Below, piece by piece: positions 10,890 through 21,176 of a stretch of 64,000 bases of DNA. The DNA is from an uncultured Planctomycetaceae bacterium (GTDB lineage Bacteria > Planctomycetota > Planctomycetia > Pirellulales > PALSA-1355), in NCBI GenBank assembly GCA_963785305.1, contig CAWAUV010000008.1, positions 1,056,001 to 1,120,000 on the forward strand, written 5' to 3'. The stretch's first letter is position 1, and each line of letters opens with the position of its first letter. Both the position numbers and the translations under genes were made by a program. The notes below the pieces were generated by a model, which worked only from the letters and a program-made list of their open reading frames with translations, searched no databases and was not told the origin of the DNA.

Positions 10890-11593
10890 GAATGCAACTC
10901 CGCGACTCTATCTTTTGTTTCGACGGCGATGATTGATGTTTGTTGACTTTCGGCGTAACAACGTAATTCGAGAAACGGAACACGGCGCGATCCGGCGCCG
11001 CGAGGGCGCGCAAATTGCCGCCTCGGCGAACGATTTCGAGGGAAAGAGCCAGTCGCCGGAGAAGGCAAGCATGGACGGTCGTGAAGATCCGCGGGGACGC
11101 GAATAATCAATCGTGGTTCAACTTGGCCCGTCCATTTACCATCGGCATTAACAGAAGCCGTTGCCGGCGGACGCGACGTTTAGTCGATCCGCGAGGCGTG
11201 CAACGGATGCCGGAATGATTTCATTAGCGTTCGGAGTCGGAAATGATTCGAGCTAATAAGAAACGCGCCGCCGAAAGCACTCGTTACATCGCTGTAACTT
11301 TCTCTTTGAAGGATACTAATATCGATAGGCGAATGCGTCAATCGGGTTCCGAAAAAACTTGGAATTGCGCGTCGCGGCGCCCAGATGCATCGTGCCAAGC
11401 GAATCGCGCAAGGCCCTCGGCGGCGATTCGAGCTACGATGGAACCCGGTTAAGCCGATCGTACCGGTTACGCACGGCAACGCGGAAATGCATATAAAATA
11501 ATTGATGAATTACGTGAATAACCGAGGCCCTGGAATTGCGTTTCGCGAACATTCCTCGCCGAGCGCCGCCACCGCGAGACAATTGCCCGAGCC

Positions 11594-12253
11594 ATGATCC
11601 TCCTGCTCGATAATTACGACAGTTTCGTGTTCAACCTGTGGCGCTATTTCGAGCGACTGGGGCAGACCACGCGCATCGTGCGGAGCGACGCCATCGATTT
11701 GGCCGGCGTGCGCGAGCTCGCGCCCGCCGCGGTGGTGATCTCGCCCGGGCCATGTAGTCCAAATGAAGCCGGCGCTTCGCTCGACATCGTGCGCGATTGC
11801 CACCGCGAACTGCCGATCTTGGGCGTGTGTCTGGGGCATCAGGCGATTGCCCAATCGCTCGGCGGGCGCGTCGTGCGTGCTCCGTTCCCGATGCACGGCC
11901 GAGCCAGCGCGATTTTGCACGATGGATGTGGAGTATTTGCCGGCATCGCCAGCCCGACCGAAGTATGTCGCTACCATTCGCTCGTGGTCGACGAAGCCTC
12001 GCTACCGCCGGAATTGCGAGTGACGGCCCGCGCGAGCGATGGCGTCGTGATGGCGCTCGAGCATCGCGACTATCCGGTGGTGGGCGTGCAGTTTCATCCC
12101 GAGTCGATTCTCACCGCGGCCGGTTATCCGCTCTTGGCCAATTTTCTGCGCCTCGCGGGCCTTGAGCCGCGCGAGCCGGCGCCGACGCTGGCGAGCGAAC
12201 TCGAAAAACCGTCGCCCGTGTATGAAGCGCCGACACGTCCCGTGACCTTTTAG
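11594..12253 (+). CDS. pabA: Aminodeoxychorismate/anthranilate synthase component II (glutamine amidotransferase)
   Basis: LDNYDSF, SPGP, GVCLGHQ, RYHSL and GVQFHPES motifs. Confidence 0.93.
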   Translation: MILLLDNYDSFVFNLWRYFERLGQTTRIVRSDAIDLAGVRELAPAAVVISPGPCSPNEAGASLDIVRDCHRELPILGVCLGHQAIAQSLGGRVVRAPFPMHGRASAILHDGCGVFAGIASPTEVCRYHSLVVDEASLPPELRVTARASDGVVMALEHRDYPVVGVQFHPESILTAAGYPLLANFLRLAGLEPREPAPTLASELEKPSPVYEAPTRPVTF

Positions 12254-12259
12254 AAAACC

Positions 12260-13791
12260 ATGATTGTCGAAGGCATTTTAACGACCCTGGGCGCCGATGG
12301 CCGCGTACACATGGCGCCGATGGGACCGCGCGTCGACGACGACAGCTCGGGCGCCCCGCCCTGGCGCCGGCTGGTGCTGCGGCCATTTCGCACATCGACC
12401 ACTTATCAAAATCTTCGCCGATTGGGCGCCGCCGTCTTTCATGTCATCGACGATGTCGAGCTGCTGGCCCGGGCCGCGATCGGGCCGCTCGATCCGCCAC
12501 CGCCACTGGCCGCGACGCCCGGCTGCCCCGTGCCCCGCTTGGCCGACGCTTGCCACTGGCACGCGCTCGAAGTCGATTCGATCGACGATCGCGAGGAGCG
12601 AGCGACGATTCTTGCCCGGGTTGTTGGTTCGGGAAGCGTTCGCGAATTCGTGGGACTCAATCGGGCGAAACATGCCGTGGTCGAAGCCGCGATTCTTGCC
12701 ACGCGAGTCAATTTGCTCGAGGCCGCGAGCATTGCGTCGAAGTTCGCCGAGCTCAAGCCGCTCATCGACAAAACCGGCGGCCCAGCCGAGCGACGCGCGT
12801 TTGCCTTGCTCGAGGAATATGTCGCGCGAGGCACGGCCTCGCGGTCGATTGAGCTCTGGGCGCCCAGCCGCTTGCACTTCGGCATGTTTTCATTTGGCCA
12901 TGCGCGAGCGCGGCAGTTTGGTGGCGTGGGCGCGATGATCGACACGCCGGGCCTCGGTCTGCGGGGCTCGCCCGCCGAGCGGTTCGAAGCCGCGGGGCCG
13001 CTGGCCGATCGCGTGGTGGTGTTTGCCGAGCGCGTCGGCCGGGCTTGGGGCTTGCCCGGCGCCGCCAGCAAAACTCGAAGTGCTCTCGGCGCCCGAAACG
13101 CATGTGGGACTCGGCGTGGGCACGCAGTTGGGCCTTGCCGTGGCTTCGGCTTTGGCGAAACTCGCGGGACGCGGGGCGGTCGACGCGCGAGTTGGCCGCC
13201 TGGGTCTCGCGCGGCGAACGATCGGCGGTGGGCGCCCATGGATTCACCTTGGGCGGATTGATCGTCGAGGCCGGCCGCGGGCCGGGAGATTCGCTCGCTC
13301 CGCTCATCGCCCGGCGGCCGCTCCCCGAGGCGTGGCGGTTTGTTTTGGTGCGGCCCGCGCATGCGGCCGGTCTTTCGGGCGAGGCGGAGCGAGCCGCTTT
13401 CGCCGCGCTCCCGCCGGTTCCGGTCGCCCTGACCAACGAGCTTTGCCGCCTCGCGCTCCTGGAGCTCCTTCCGGCGGCGGACGCGGGCGATTTTGTCGGC
13501 TTCAGCCAGGCGCTGTTCGACTACGGCCGACTCGCCGGCCGGTGCTTCACCGCCGATGGCCAAGCTTCCTTTGGCAGCAGGACTCTCGAACGGCTAATCG
13601 GGCAATTGCGCGAGCTGGGCGCCAGGGGCGCGGGCCAAAGCTCCTGGGGCCCGACGCTCTTTGCCCTCGCCCCGTCGCAAGCCGCCGCCGAGTCGCTCGA
13701 ACAGGACCTCCGCCGCGAAGTTCGCGAGCCGGCCCTGACGATCACCATCGCCAAGCCGAACAACCACGGCGCACAGTATAAGGCGGTGTGA
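12260..13791 (+). CDS. DUF447 domain fused to beta-ribofuranosylaminobenzene-5'-phosphate synthase (MptG-like, GHMP fold); frameshifts near 13060-13190
   Basis: N-terminal H-x-APMGP and NRAKHAVVEAAILATR; C-terminal PSRLHFG, HVGLG-x-GTQ, RSAVG, GGLIVEAG and GQSSWGPT. Confidence 0.82.
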
Positions 13792-13876
13792 GACCACTCG
13801 CCAAAAATGGCGATTCGCCCGCCCATCGCATTCCGCGCGCCCGGATCGCAATCCATCAATCCCAACAAGGCCTCCA

Positions 13877-13901
13877 GTTGAAATATTCAACAGGCTGCTA
13901 G
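13877..13901. repeat. Isolated right end of the MITE-like family
   Basis: GTTGAAATATTCAACAGGCTGCTAG resembles 1468-1492. Confidence 0.6.
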
Positions 13902-14010
13902 AGGCAGGGTCGCTCGATTTGTTAGAATCGGGCGAGCGGGTCGCGCGGTGATCCGCTTTCGAAGGCCGCCGAGCTTTCCCAGCGCGGCCGAAAATGCGTG
14001 CTACAACTCG

Positions 14011-14428
14011 ATGCGACAAAGCGCCGGGACCCTCCTTTATCGATTCGACGATTCCGGCAAGCTCGTCGTGCTGCTGGTGCATCCGGCGGGAAGTTACAAT
14101 CGCAAGAAGCCCTGGAGCATTCCCAAGGGTTTGCCCGACGATGGCGAGTCGCTCGAAGCCGCCGCGCCGGGAAACGCTCGAGGAGGCCGGGGTCACGGCC
14201 GGCGAGTTGCTTCCGCTGGGAAGCATCGAGTATCGTAAGAGCCGCAAGCAAGTCCATGCGTTTGCCGGCCCGGCCCACGATGCGGCGCCGCGCCCGGCAA
14301 GTTGGGAAGTCGATCGGGCCGAATTCATGTCGCTGGCCAAGGCTCGCAAGCGATTGCATCCCGACCAGCAACCATTTTTAGATCGCCTAGTGACGGCGCT
14401 CGGTCTCGACTCCGCCGCGGGCGAATAA
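14011..14428 (+). CDS. NUDIX hydrolase, frameshifted near 14168
   Basis: SAG-x-LLYR, VLLVHP, WSIPKG...E..AA.RETLEEAG Nudix box and EVDRA. Confidence 0.88.
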
Positions 14429-14453
14429 CATCTCCGCTCAAGGACATCGCCTC

Positions 14454-16110
14454 ATGCTCCGCCGCCATCGCGCCGCCGTCGTGTTTGTCGCAAGCCTGTC
14501 ATTATGCGTCCCGGTGTTGTCGGCGCTCATGGAGCGGTTGCCCGCGCGCATGGCGCAAGGCGCCGAGTCGAAACCCGGCGAAGCCGTCACGGAAACCTAC
14601 GATATCGTCGTCTACGGCGGCACGGCCGGCGGCGTGGTGGCGGCCGTCGAAGCGGCGAATCAAGGCAAGCGAGTCGTCTTAATCGAGCCAGGCAAACATT
14701 TAGGCGGGCTTACGGCTGGCGGCCTTGGCGCGACCGATATCGGCAACAAGGGCGCCATCGGGGGGCTTTCGCGCGGCTTCTACAAGCGGCTCGGCCAGCA
14801 CTACAAGCAAGACGAAGCCTGGAAGTTCGAGCCGCATGTGGCCGAGGCAACGCTCGACCGCATGGCTTCCGAGGCCAGTGTCACGGTGGTGCGAGGCGAG
14901 CGACTCGATCTGGCCGCGGGCGTCGACAAACTAGAGGCCCGCATTCGTTCGATTCGCATGGAAAGCGGCCGACGCTTCGCCGGGCGGATGTTCATCGACA
15001 CGTCGTACGAAGGCGATCTGATGGCCAAAACCGGCGTCACTTACAGCATCGGCCGCGAAAGCAATGATGAATATCACGAAACGCTCAACGGCGTGCAACT
15101 CGGCTCGAAGTCGCACCAGTTCGCCCGGCCGGTCGATCCGTATATCGTGCCCGGCAAACCCGAAAGCGGCCTCGTGGCGGAGATCCATGCCGGCGGCCCG
15201 GGCGAGCAAGGCGCAGGGTGACAATCGCATTCAAGCTTATAACTTTCGCATGTGCATGACCGACGTGGCCGAGAATCAGCTTCCATTTCCCAAGCCGCCG
15301 GGCTACGACCCGGCCCGCTACGAACTGCTGCTGCGTTATATGCAAGCCGGCATTTTCGACGTGCTGGGCAACAACCAGCGCATGCCGAACGGCAAGACCG
15401 ACACGAACAACAACGGCGGCTTCGCCAGTGACCATATCGGCGCCAACTACGATTATCCCGACGGCGACTACGCCGCTCGCCAGAGGGTGCTCGACGACCA
15501 TGTCGCGTATCAGCAGGGCATGATGTATTTCCTGGCCAACGACCCGCGCGTGCCGGAAAAATATCAAAAGGAGATTCGCCGCTGGGGACTTTGCAAGGAC
15601 GAGTTCACCGACACGGCCGGCTGGCCCTGGCAGCTTTATGTGCGCGAGGCGCGGCGGATGAAGTCGGACTATGTGATGACCCAGCACAATTGCCAAGGCC
15701 GCGAGGTGGCCGAGGACTCCGTGGGACTCGCCGCCTATGGCATGGACTCGCACAACACGCAGCGTTATGTCAAAGACGGCCACGCCACGAACGAAGGCGA
15801 TGTGCAAGTCCACGGCTTCAAGCCGTATCCGATCTCGTATCGCGCGATCGTACCCAAGGCTTCCGAGTGCGTGAATTTGCTCGTGCCGGTGTGCGTGTCA
15901 TCGACGCATATCGCGTTTGGCTCGATCCGCATGGAGCCGGTGTTCATGGTGCTCGGCCAGTCGGCGGCCACGGCGGCCTGCCAAGCGATCGACAACGATC
16001 AAGAAATTCAAAAAATCGACATCGCCAAACTCCAGCGGCGACTCTTGGCCGATGGCCAAGTGCTCACCTGGGTCGAACGCCCGTCGGCGCCGGGGAAAGC
16101 GCGACGGTAG
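14454..16110 (+). CDS. FAD-dependent oxidoreductase (FAD_oxidored family), frameshifted near 15212
   Basis: [34 protein letters not shown] and RMEPVFM motifs. Confidence 0.9.
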
Positions 16111-16137
16111 GCGACGTCGAACGGCGAATAGCAGGGT

Positions 16138-16898
16138 TCAGTACCCGGCTTGGGCGATCGTTGCCGGGGAGCGTCCCGCGGCGACGAGGAACTCGCGAAA
16201 TTCAACGTTGATGTGTTCGTCGCAAAGATGGACGAGAAATTCGATATCGTCGATGACTTTTCAATACGGTGCCGCCTTTGGCGAGCGGTTCGGGGGCGAT
16301 CAAAATTGTGAATGCAGTCGTGGCGCCGCTGGAAGATTGTGCGAAAACGCGCATCAAATTGGTCGATGGCCGCTTTCCTCGCGTAACGCTGATCACGCGG
16401 CGTTTTCGCGGCAAATTCAACGCGATCGACGCCAAAAAGTCGAATCTTCGCTTCCGGCAGGCGCATCCACCGATCAAGTTGATCGTTGAATCGTCGATGG
16501 CCTTTACGGCAGAATTTGTTGAATAGTATCTAATGGCGGCAAGACTGATGACGTTTTCGCGTTCCATCATCTTTCGGACAGCCCATTCGCCATCGCCAGC
16601 TCTCGTTGTTGTACGGCTCGAGAATGGCGCGGAGCGGGAATTTCACTTCGTAGAACCACTCCGGCAAAGTGATCGTGGGCTGCCGGCTCTTTGAACTTGC
16701 CGTCGCGACGACGTCCGTGTATGCGTCGCGGAAGTAAGCATCAAGCGCGCCGACGGCGAACATCCACGCGCCGCGGAGAATATCCGAGCGGAGCAAACTC
16801 TCGAAGGGAAGCGCTTGCGGCAGCGTGTCCGCGTGGCTCACAAGCGTTCTCGCCCTTGCAATATCCTCTCTAAAATGCTGGAGGGCGGTGGCGGGCAC
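16138..16898 (-). pseudogene. HEPN-domain protein (RiboL-PSP-HEPN-like), about four frameshifts
   Basis: Stitched frames give MFAVGALDAY ... IFQRRHDCIHN (R-x4-H) ... VIDDIEFLV; stop at 16138-16140. Confidence 0.6.
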
Positions 16899-16937
16899 TG
16901 GTGGAATCCTGAAATCGCTCGTCGGAAGGGCGCTGCC

Positions 16938-17228
16938 TCAGTCCGCTTCGGCGTAACCAATCACTCCTTCGTCGTAACGGATTCGATCATCTTCTTCGTT
17001 GTACCAGACATTGCGGTCCGCCGGAAAAATGACATTCCAGAGGTCGACGATCTCCTCGGCCAAAAGCTCGTCACGGACATGCCGGGCGATGTCGGTCGCC
17101 GAAAGCGTCGCCGGTATCGACTGTTCGGGGTAAATTTCGGCATAGATGGCGGCGAGCGTCGATGGGTTCGATTTCTCGACGAATTCGGCCAACTTTTCGG
17201 CAGCCAAGCTTTTTTCGATCGCGGGCAT
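16938..17228 (-). CDS. Small acidic hypothetical protein (96 aa) upstream of the HEPN gene
   Basis: Intact ORF MPAIEKSL...EEIVDLWNVIFP; co-oriented, 39 bp from the HEPN gene. Confidence 0.65.
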   Translation of the reverse strand: MPAIEKSLAAEKLAEFVEKSNPSTLAAIYAEIYPEQSIPATLSATDIARHVRDELLAEEIVDLWNVIFPADRNVWYNEEDDRIRYDEGVIGYAEAD

Positions 17229-17333
17229 ACGTCCCTCAAGTCCGGCCAAATTCGACCACCTATCGACATTCGATCGACACGGCGCCACCAAAACAAATCA
17301 GACGCCACTGCCGGCAAACGTTCGCTCGCGTAC

Positions 17334-17373
17334 AAAAAAAACCCCCGCAAGCGCGCTTGCGGGAGGTTTTTTT
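17334..17373. terminator. Bidirectional intrinsic terminator
   Basis: A-run, CCCGCAAGC-GC-GCTTGCGGG stem and T-run downstream of the 17406-17606 gene. Confidence 0.85.
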
Positions 17374-17405
17374 CTTGTATCACAGCGCTATTTTGCCTGA
17401 GTGGC

Positions 17406-17606
17406 TCAGCCGCTGCGCATATTGTGAACACGGCGGACGTTGTTGCCATAGAAGTGGCCGGGACGATTGGGCCGCTCCGTGATCGGCATCGAACGAATCT
17501 GTTGACGGACTTCCGCCCGGTTCATGGCTTGCGCCGTGCCGGCCGAAGCGAAATGAAACGCCGCCGTGGCGCCCAGCGCCACCATCAACATCGCAAAGTT
17601 CTTCAT
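17406..17606 (-). CDS. Small secreted protein (66 aa) with an RPNRPGHFYGN motif
   Basis: GAGGAG RBS; signal peptide ending AQA; followed by a terminator. Confidence 0.75.
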   Translation of the reverse strand: MKNFAMLMVALGATAAFHFASAGTAQAMNRAEVRQQIRSMPITERPNRPGHFYGNNVRRVHNMRSG

Positions 17607-18284
17607 GATGAAACTCCTCACGCTCAAAATGTGCCCGGGCTTTATCGCGCCCGCGAGCAAGCCGAATGTGCTCGCTGGCGAAACCCAGCTAGCAATGCTC
17701 CTGACTACTACCCGTATCGGCAACGGGATGCCTATTCTTGGCAAAATCTCCAAATCCAACAATCGTTATGGGCTCTCAAAAATAGCGCGGAATGCCAACC
17801 TTGCGAGATCGAGATGCGTGCCGGAGCCGTGGAGCGGTTTTCGGAATCGGCAGCCATTTTATGCGTGTTTCTTCTGTCTTTTTCCTTGGATGCAGCCGCC
17901 CGTGGCGCCCATTGGCGCGAAGTCCCTGGCGCCTTGCAAGTTTGCGGTGGTCAACTGATCTTGTTCGCCCGGGGCATTTTGCTAGAGTTGCCCCGCTCAT
18001 TTTCTCGTCTTTTCAGCGGTTCTCGCGGTTTTCGAACGACGACTCGAGCGCTCGACGCGCGTCGAGCGCCGCCGGGCGGCTTGGTCGGCCGGCGGGCAAC
18101 CGGCGTTTTGGTTCTCGGGATCGGGCGTCGCTGGAGTGTTCCCTACAATCGGCGCCGGCGTTGGTCGGCGACTCGTCTCCCAAGGTCCGGATTTTGCTTG
18201 AAGCACGCGGCGTGGCATTTAGAATAAAGCTAGAGAGCCAAAATGCCTGCCGCCAGCTTCCGTTTTTCGAGCGAAAGGTGGCGC

Positions 18285-18650
18285 ATGCGAATTTTCTCCG
18301 TAGTGGCGGTCGGAATCGGTTTGCTGGGAATCATGGCCTGGACAGCCTTGGCCTCGGGGCCTGTTGGAAGCGGCGGCTCGGCGCCGGGCGGGGCGACGAC
18401 TCCGGGCTGCGCCTCGCAAGCCGGCGCCGGCGGGCTCATTGCCTTGGCTTGCCAGGCGGGCGATCATCGCCAGCAACTGACAGTGGTCGATCCAAGTACG
18501 AAAGTCGTGGGCGTGTATCACATCGACACGGCCACCGGCGATATTGTCCTGAAGAGTGTGCGAAACATTCATTGGGACTTGCAAATGGTGGAATTCAACG
18601 GCGCGAGTCCTTCGCCCCGCGAGATTCGCACGCTGCTCGAGCAACGCTGA
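18285..18650 (+). CDS. Conserved hypothetical secreted or membrane protein
   Basis: N-terminal hydrophobic helix; VYHID...LKSVRNIHWDL...P-x-P-x-EI. Confidence 0.75.
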   Translation: MRIFSVVAVGIGLLGIMAWTALASGPVGSGGSAPGGATTPGCASQAGAGGLIALACQAGDHRQQLTVVDPSTKVVGVYHIDTATGDIVLKSVRNIHWDLQMVEFNGASPSPREIRTLLEQR

Positions 18651-18786
18651 ACCTCTCCCCGCCGGGCCACGGGCTCGCCGGACAAGAAGTTCGCCGAAGC
18701 TCCGGCGAGCAAGCGATCGGCGGCGAGGCGCCAAGAACGGGTCTTTGAGCAAGGCCCGGTCATTTTTTGGGGGAAGGTGAGCTGCG

Positions 18787-20178
18787 ATGGCGAAGAAGTT
18801 TCTCGACGCGGAAGAAGCCGCGAAACTGCTCGGCGTGTCGGTCGACACGCTCAACGATATGCGCGAGCACCACGAGCTCTATCCGATGCGCGACGCGGGC
18901 CAATGGAAATACAAGCAAGATGAAATCGAGCGCCTCGTGGCCGAGCGCAACGAGCGCGGCGAAAGCGACGAAGGACCGGCCCACTATTCCGACGCCGATG
19001 GCGGCGACTCGGTGCTGCTCAGCGAAGTCGAACTGGGAGCTTCCGACGCCAGCCCCTCGAGCACCGTCATCGGCAAGAACCAGGGCTCGGCCGATAGCGA
19101 TATTCGCTTGGCCGATCCCGACAAGCCGAGCAGCGATTCGGGCCTGATCGGCGCGAGCGATGTGCGGCTCGCCACCGGTTCCGAGATCGTAAAAGCCGGC
19201 TCGGGCCTGAGCGCCAAGTTCGACGAACTCGACACGCTCGACCTCGAGCTGCCGCCCCCTCCAGGCAGCAGCAAGTCGGGCAGCGGCAAGTCGGGCAGCA
19301 CCAAGCGCGGCATGGAGCGCTCGTCGGCCAGCGGCAGTGGCATTCTTTCGCTCGACGATGACGACGATATCCTGTCGCTGGCCGATGAACCTCGCGGTCC
19401 CACGGCGGGCAGTTCCTCGAAACATCGCGCCGGCAGCGACGGCTCGGCGCTTGATTTGGCCGGCGACGACGACGAGCTGGTGTTGGGCGGCAGCGGCCCG
19501 GGAAGCGACATTACCCATGCGGTGGGCGATAGCGGCATTTCGCTGGTCGATCTTTCCGACAGCGGCATCGCGCTCGACGAAGCGCCGCTCGATCTACATG
19601 GCACCAACGCCAACAAGAATTCGCTCGATCTGAGCGCCGGCGACGACGATCTGATTCTGCTCGAGGAAGACGCCGATCCGAACATCGCCACCCAGCTCAA
19701 GGCCGACGATGACTTCTTGCTCACGCCGATGGTGGAAGCCAGCGGCGAGGATTCCGACAGCGGATCGCAAGTCATTGCCCTCGATGGTGACGGCGATTTC
19801 GACGAATCGGCCCGCACCATGCTCGGCAGCGGCATGAGCATGGGCGCCGCCGGCCTGGGCGCGGGCGGCATGCTCGAAGAAGACCTGGGCGGCTTTGGCG
19901 GCGGCCTTCAGGCCGAGGGCGATCCGTTGGGCGGCCCGGGCGGCGGCATGCCGCTCGCCGCGCCCCAGCCGGCCATGATGACCATGGCCCCCCTGCAAGT
20001 CAAAGAAGCGCCGTTCTCGGGTCCCTGGGTCGCGTTTCTCGGTCTGGGCGTCGTGCTCATCATGCTCAGCGGCATGATGATGTTCGACCTGCTCAGGAAC
20101 ATGTGGAGTTGGGATGGACCCTACGCGATCAACAGTTCCTTGATGGACGGAATCATGGACGCTTTCGGAATCAAATAA
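18787..20178 (+). CDS. MerR/excisionase-like HTH protein with a long acidic disordered region and a C-terminal TM helix
   Basis: EEAAKLLGVS..L..MRE...RDAGQWKY; D/S/G-rich middle; hydrophobic helix before the C-terminus. Confidence 0.85.
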   Translation: MAKKFLDAEEAAKLLGVSVDTLNDMREHHELYPMRDAGQWKYKQDEIERLVAERNERGESDEGPAHYSDADGGDSVLLSEVELGASDASPSSTVIGKNQGSADSDIRLADPDKPSSDSGLIGASDVRLATGSEIVKAGSGLSAKFDELDTLDLELPPPPGSSKSGSGKSGSTKRGMERSSASGSGILSLDDDDDILSLADEPRGPTAGSSSKHRAGSDGSALDLAGDDDELVLGGSGPGSDITHAVGDSGISLVDLSDSGIALDEAPLDLHGTNANKNSLDLSAGDDDLILLEEDADPNIATQLKADDDFLLTPMVEASGEDSDSGSQVIALDGDGDFDESARTMLGSGMSMGAAGLGAGGMLEEDLGGFGGGLQAEGDPLGGPGGGMPLAAPQPAMMTMAPLQVKEAPFSGPWVAFLGLGVVLIMLSGMMMFDLLRNMWSWDGPYAINSSLMDGIMDAFGIK

Positions 20179-20250
20179 CTCGCCAGCAATCACTCGCTAG
20201 CGGCGAGCAATCTCGATCATTCACCGGACCGATTCGAAAGGAGTCGAATC

Positions 20251-21032
20251 ATGTCGATCAACTCGCGCCTGGGCGCCCTCGCGACGGCGCTGGCCCTGTT
20301 TGCCGGTTGTCAGTTCGTGCCGCAAAGCAAATATGCCGCGGTCGAGCGACAGAACCGCATGTTGCTCGAACAACAAAAGGCGCAGCTCGCCGAGATCGAG
20401 AATCTCAAGATTCACGCCCATTCGATCGAAGACCGCCTGATTCAGACCGAAGAAGACTTGGCCCGCCGCGACGATCAGCGCAGCCCGCAAACTGGCTGCC
20501 GGGGGTCACGATAGCTTTGGCGCCTTGCGCGGCTCGGCACTGCCCCGGGCTGAGCGATCGGCTCGCGGAGTTGGCCCATCGCTATCCGGGCTTTCAGTTC
20601 GATCCCCGAAGCGGCGCCTCGCGGGTCGAGACCGATGTGCTCTTCGACAGCGGCCGCGCCGATCTCAGACCCGAAACCAAGCAGATGCTCGCCGATCTGG
20701 CCGAGGTCTTTCGCTCGGACGATGCGCGCGAACTGAAGATCATGGTCGTCGGCCATACCGACTCGCAAAACATTCGCGGCCGCGAGACCCGGCAGCAGTA
20801 TCCCACGAATTGGCACCTGAGCGCTGGTCGGGCGCTCGGCGTGGCCGACTATCTCCGCTCGGCGGGCATTCCCGAGGAACGCATGGGCGTGGCCGGGTTC
20901 GGACAATTTCAGCCGGTCTCGCCCAACGACACCGCCTCGGCCCGACAGCGAAACCGCCGGGTGGAAATCTACCTGCTGGCGCCCGAGACGCCGATCGTGG
21001 GCTGGGCCGATTCGCGGTCGGTTTATCGCTGA
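20251..21032 (+). CDS. OmpA/MotB-domain lipoprotein, frameshifted near 20485
   Basis: Lipobox LFAGC; LFDSG, VGHTD, NWHLSAGRA and NRRVEI motifs. Confidence 0.88.
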
Positions 21033-21176
21033 CGTAGGTCCCGCGCTCCGCTATAATCGAGCTTGACGGATTCCATCCGTGGCAGCGATCGATCCCGCTC
21101 GGCCGCTCTTTCGCCCCGGGCATTGCGCTCGCGGCGCCCCGCCTCCCCGATCCCGCGCTTTCCGACGGTTGACCTT

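Noticed and set aside
10960..11200. Possible c-di-GMP riboswitch (CGCAAA and AGCCAGTCGCC fragments)
   Set aside because: The GGCAAA/GNRA-receptor architecture could not be built, and the orientation is wrong for the PEP-CTERM gene.
16815..18748. Plus-strand ORFs 16815-18227 and 17792-18748
   Set aside because: No protein-like composition; they overlap better-supported genes and a terminator.
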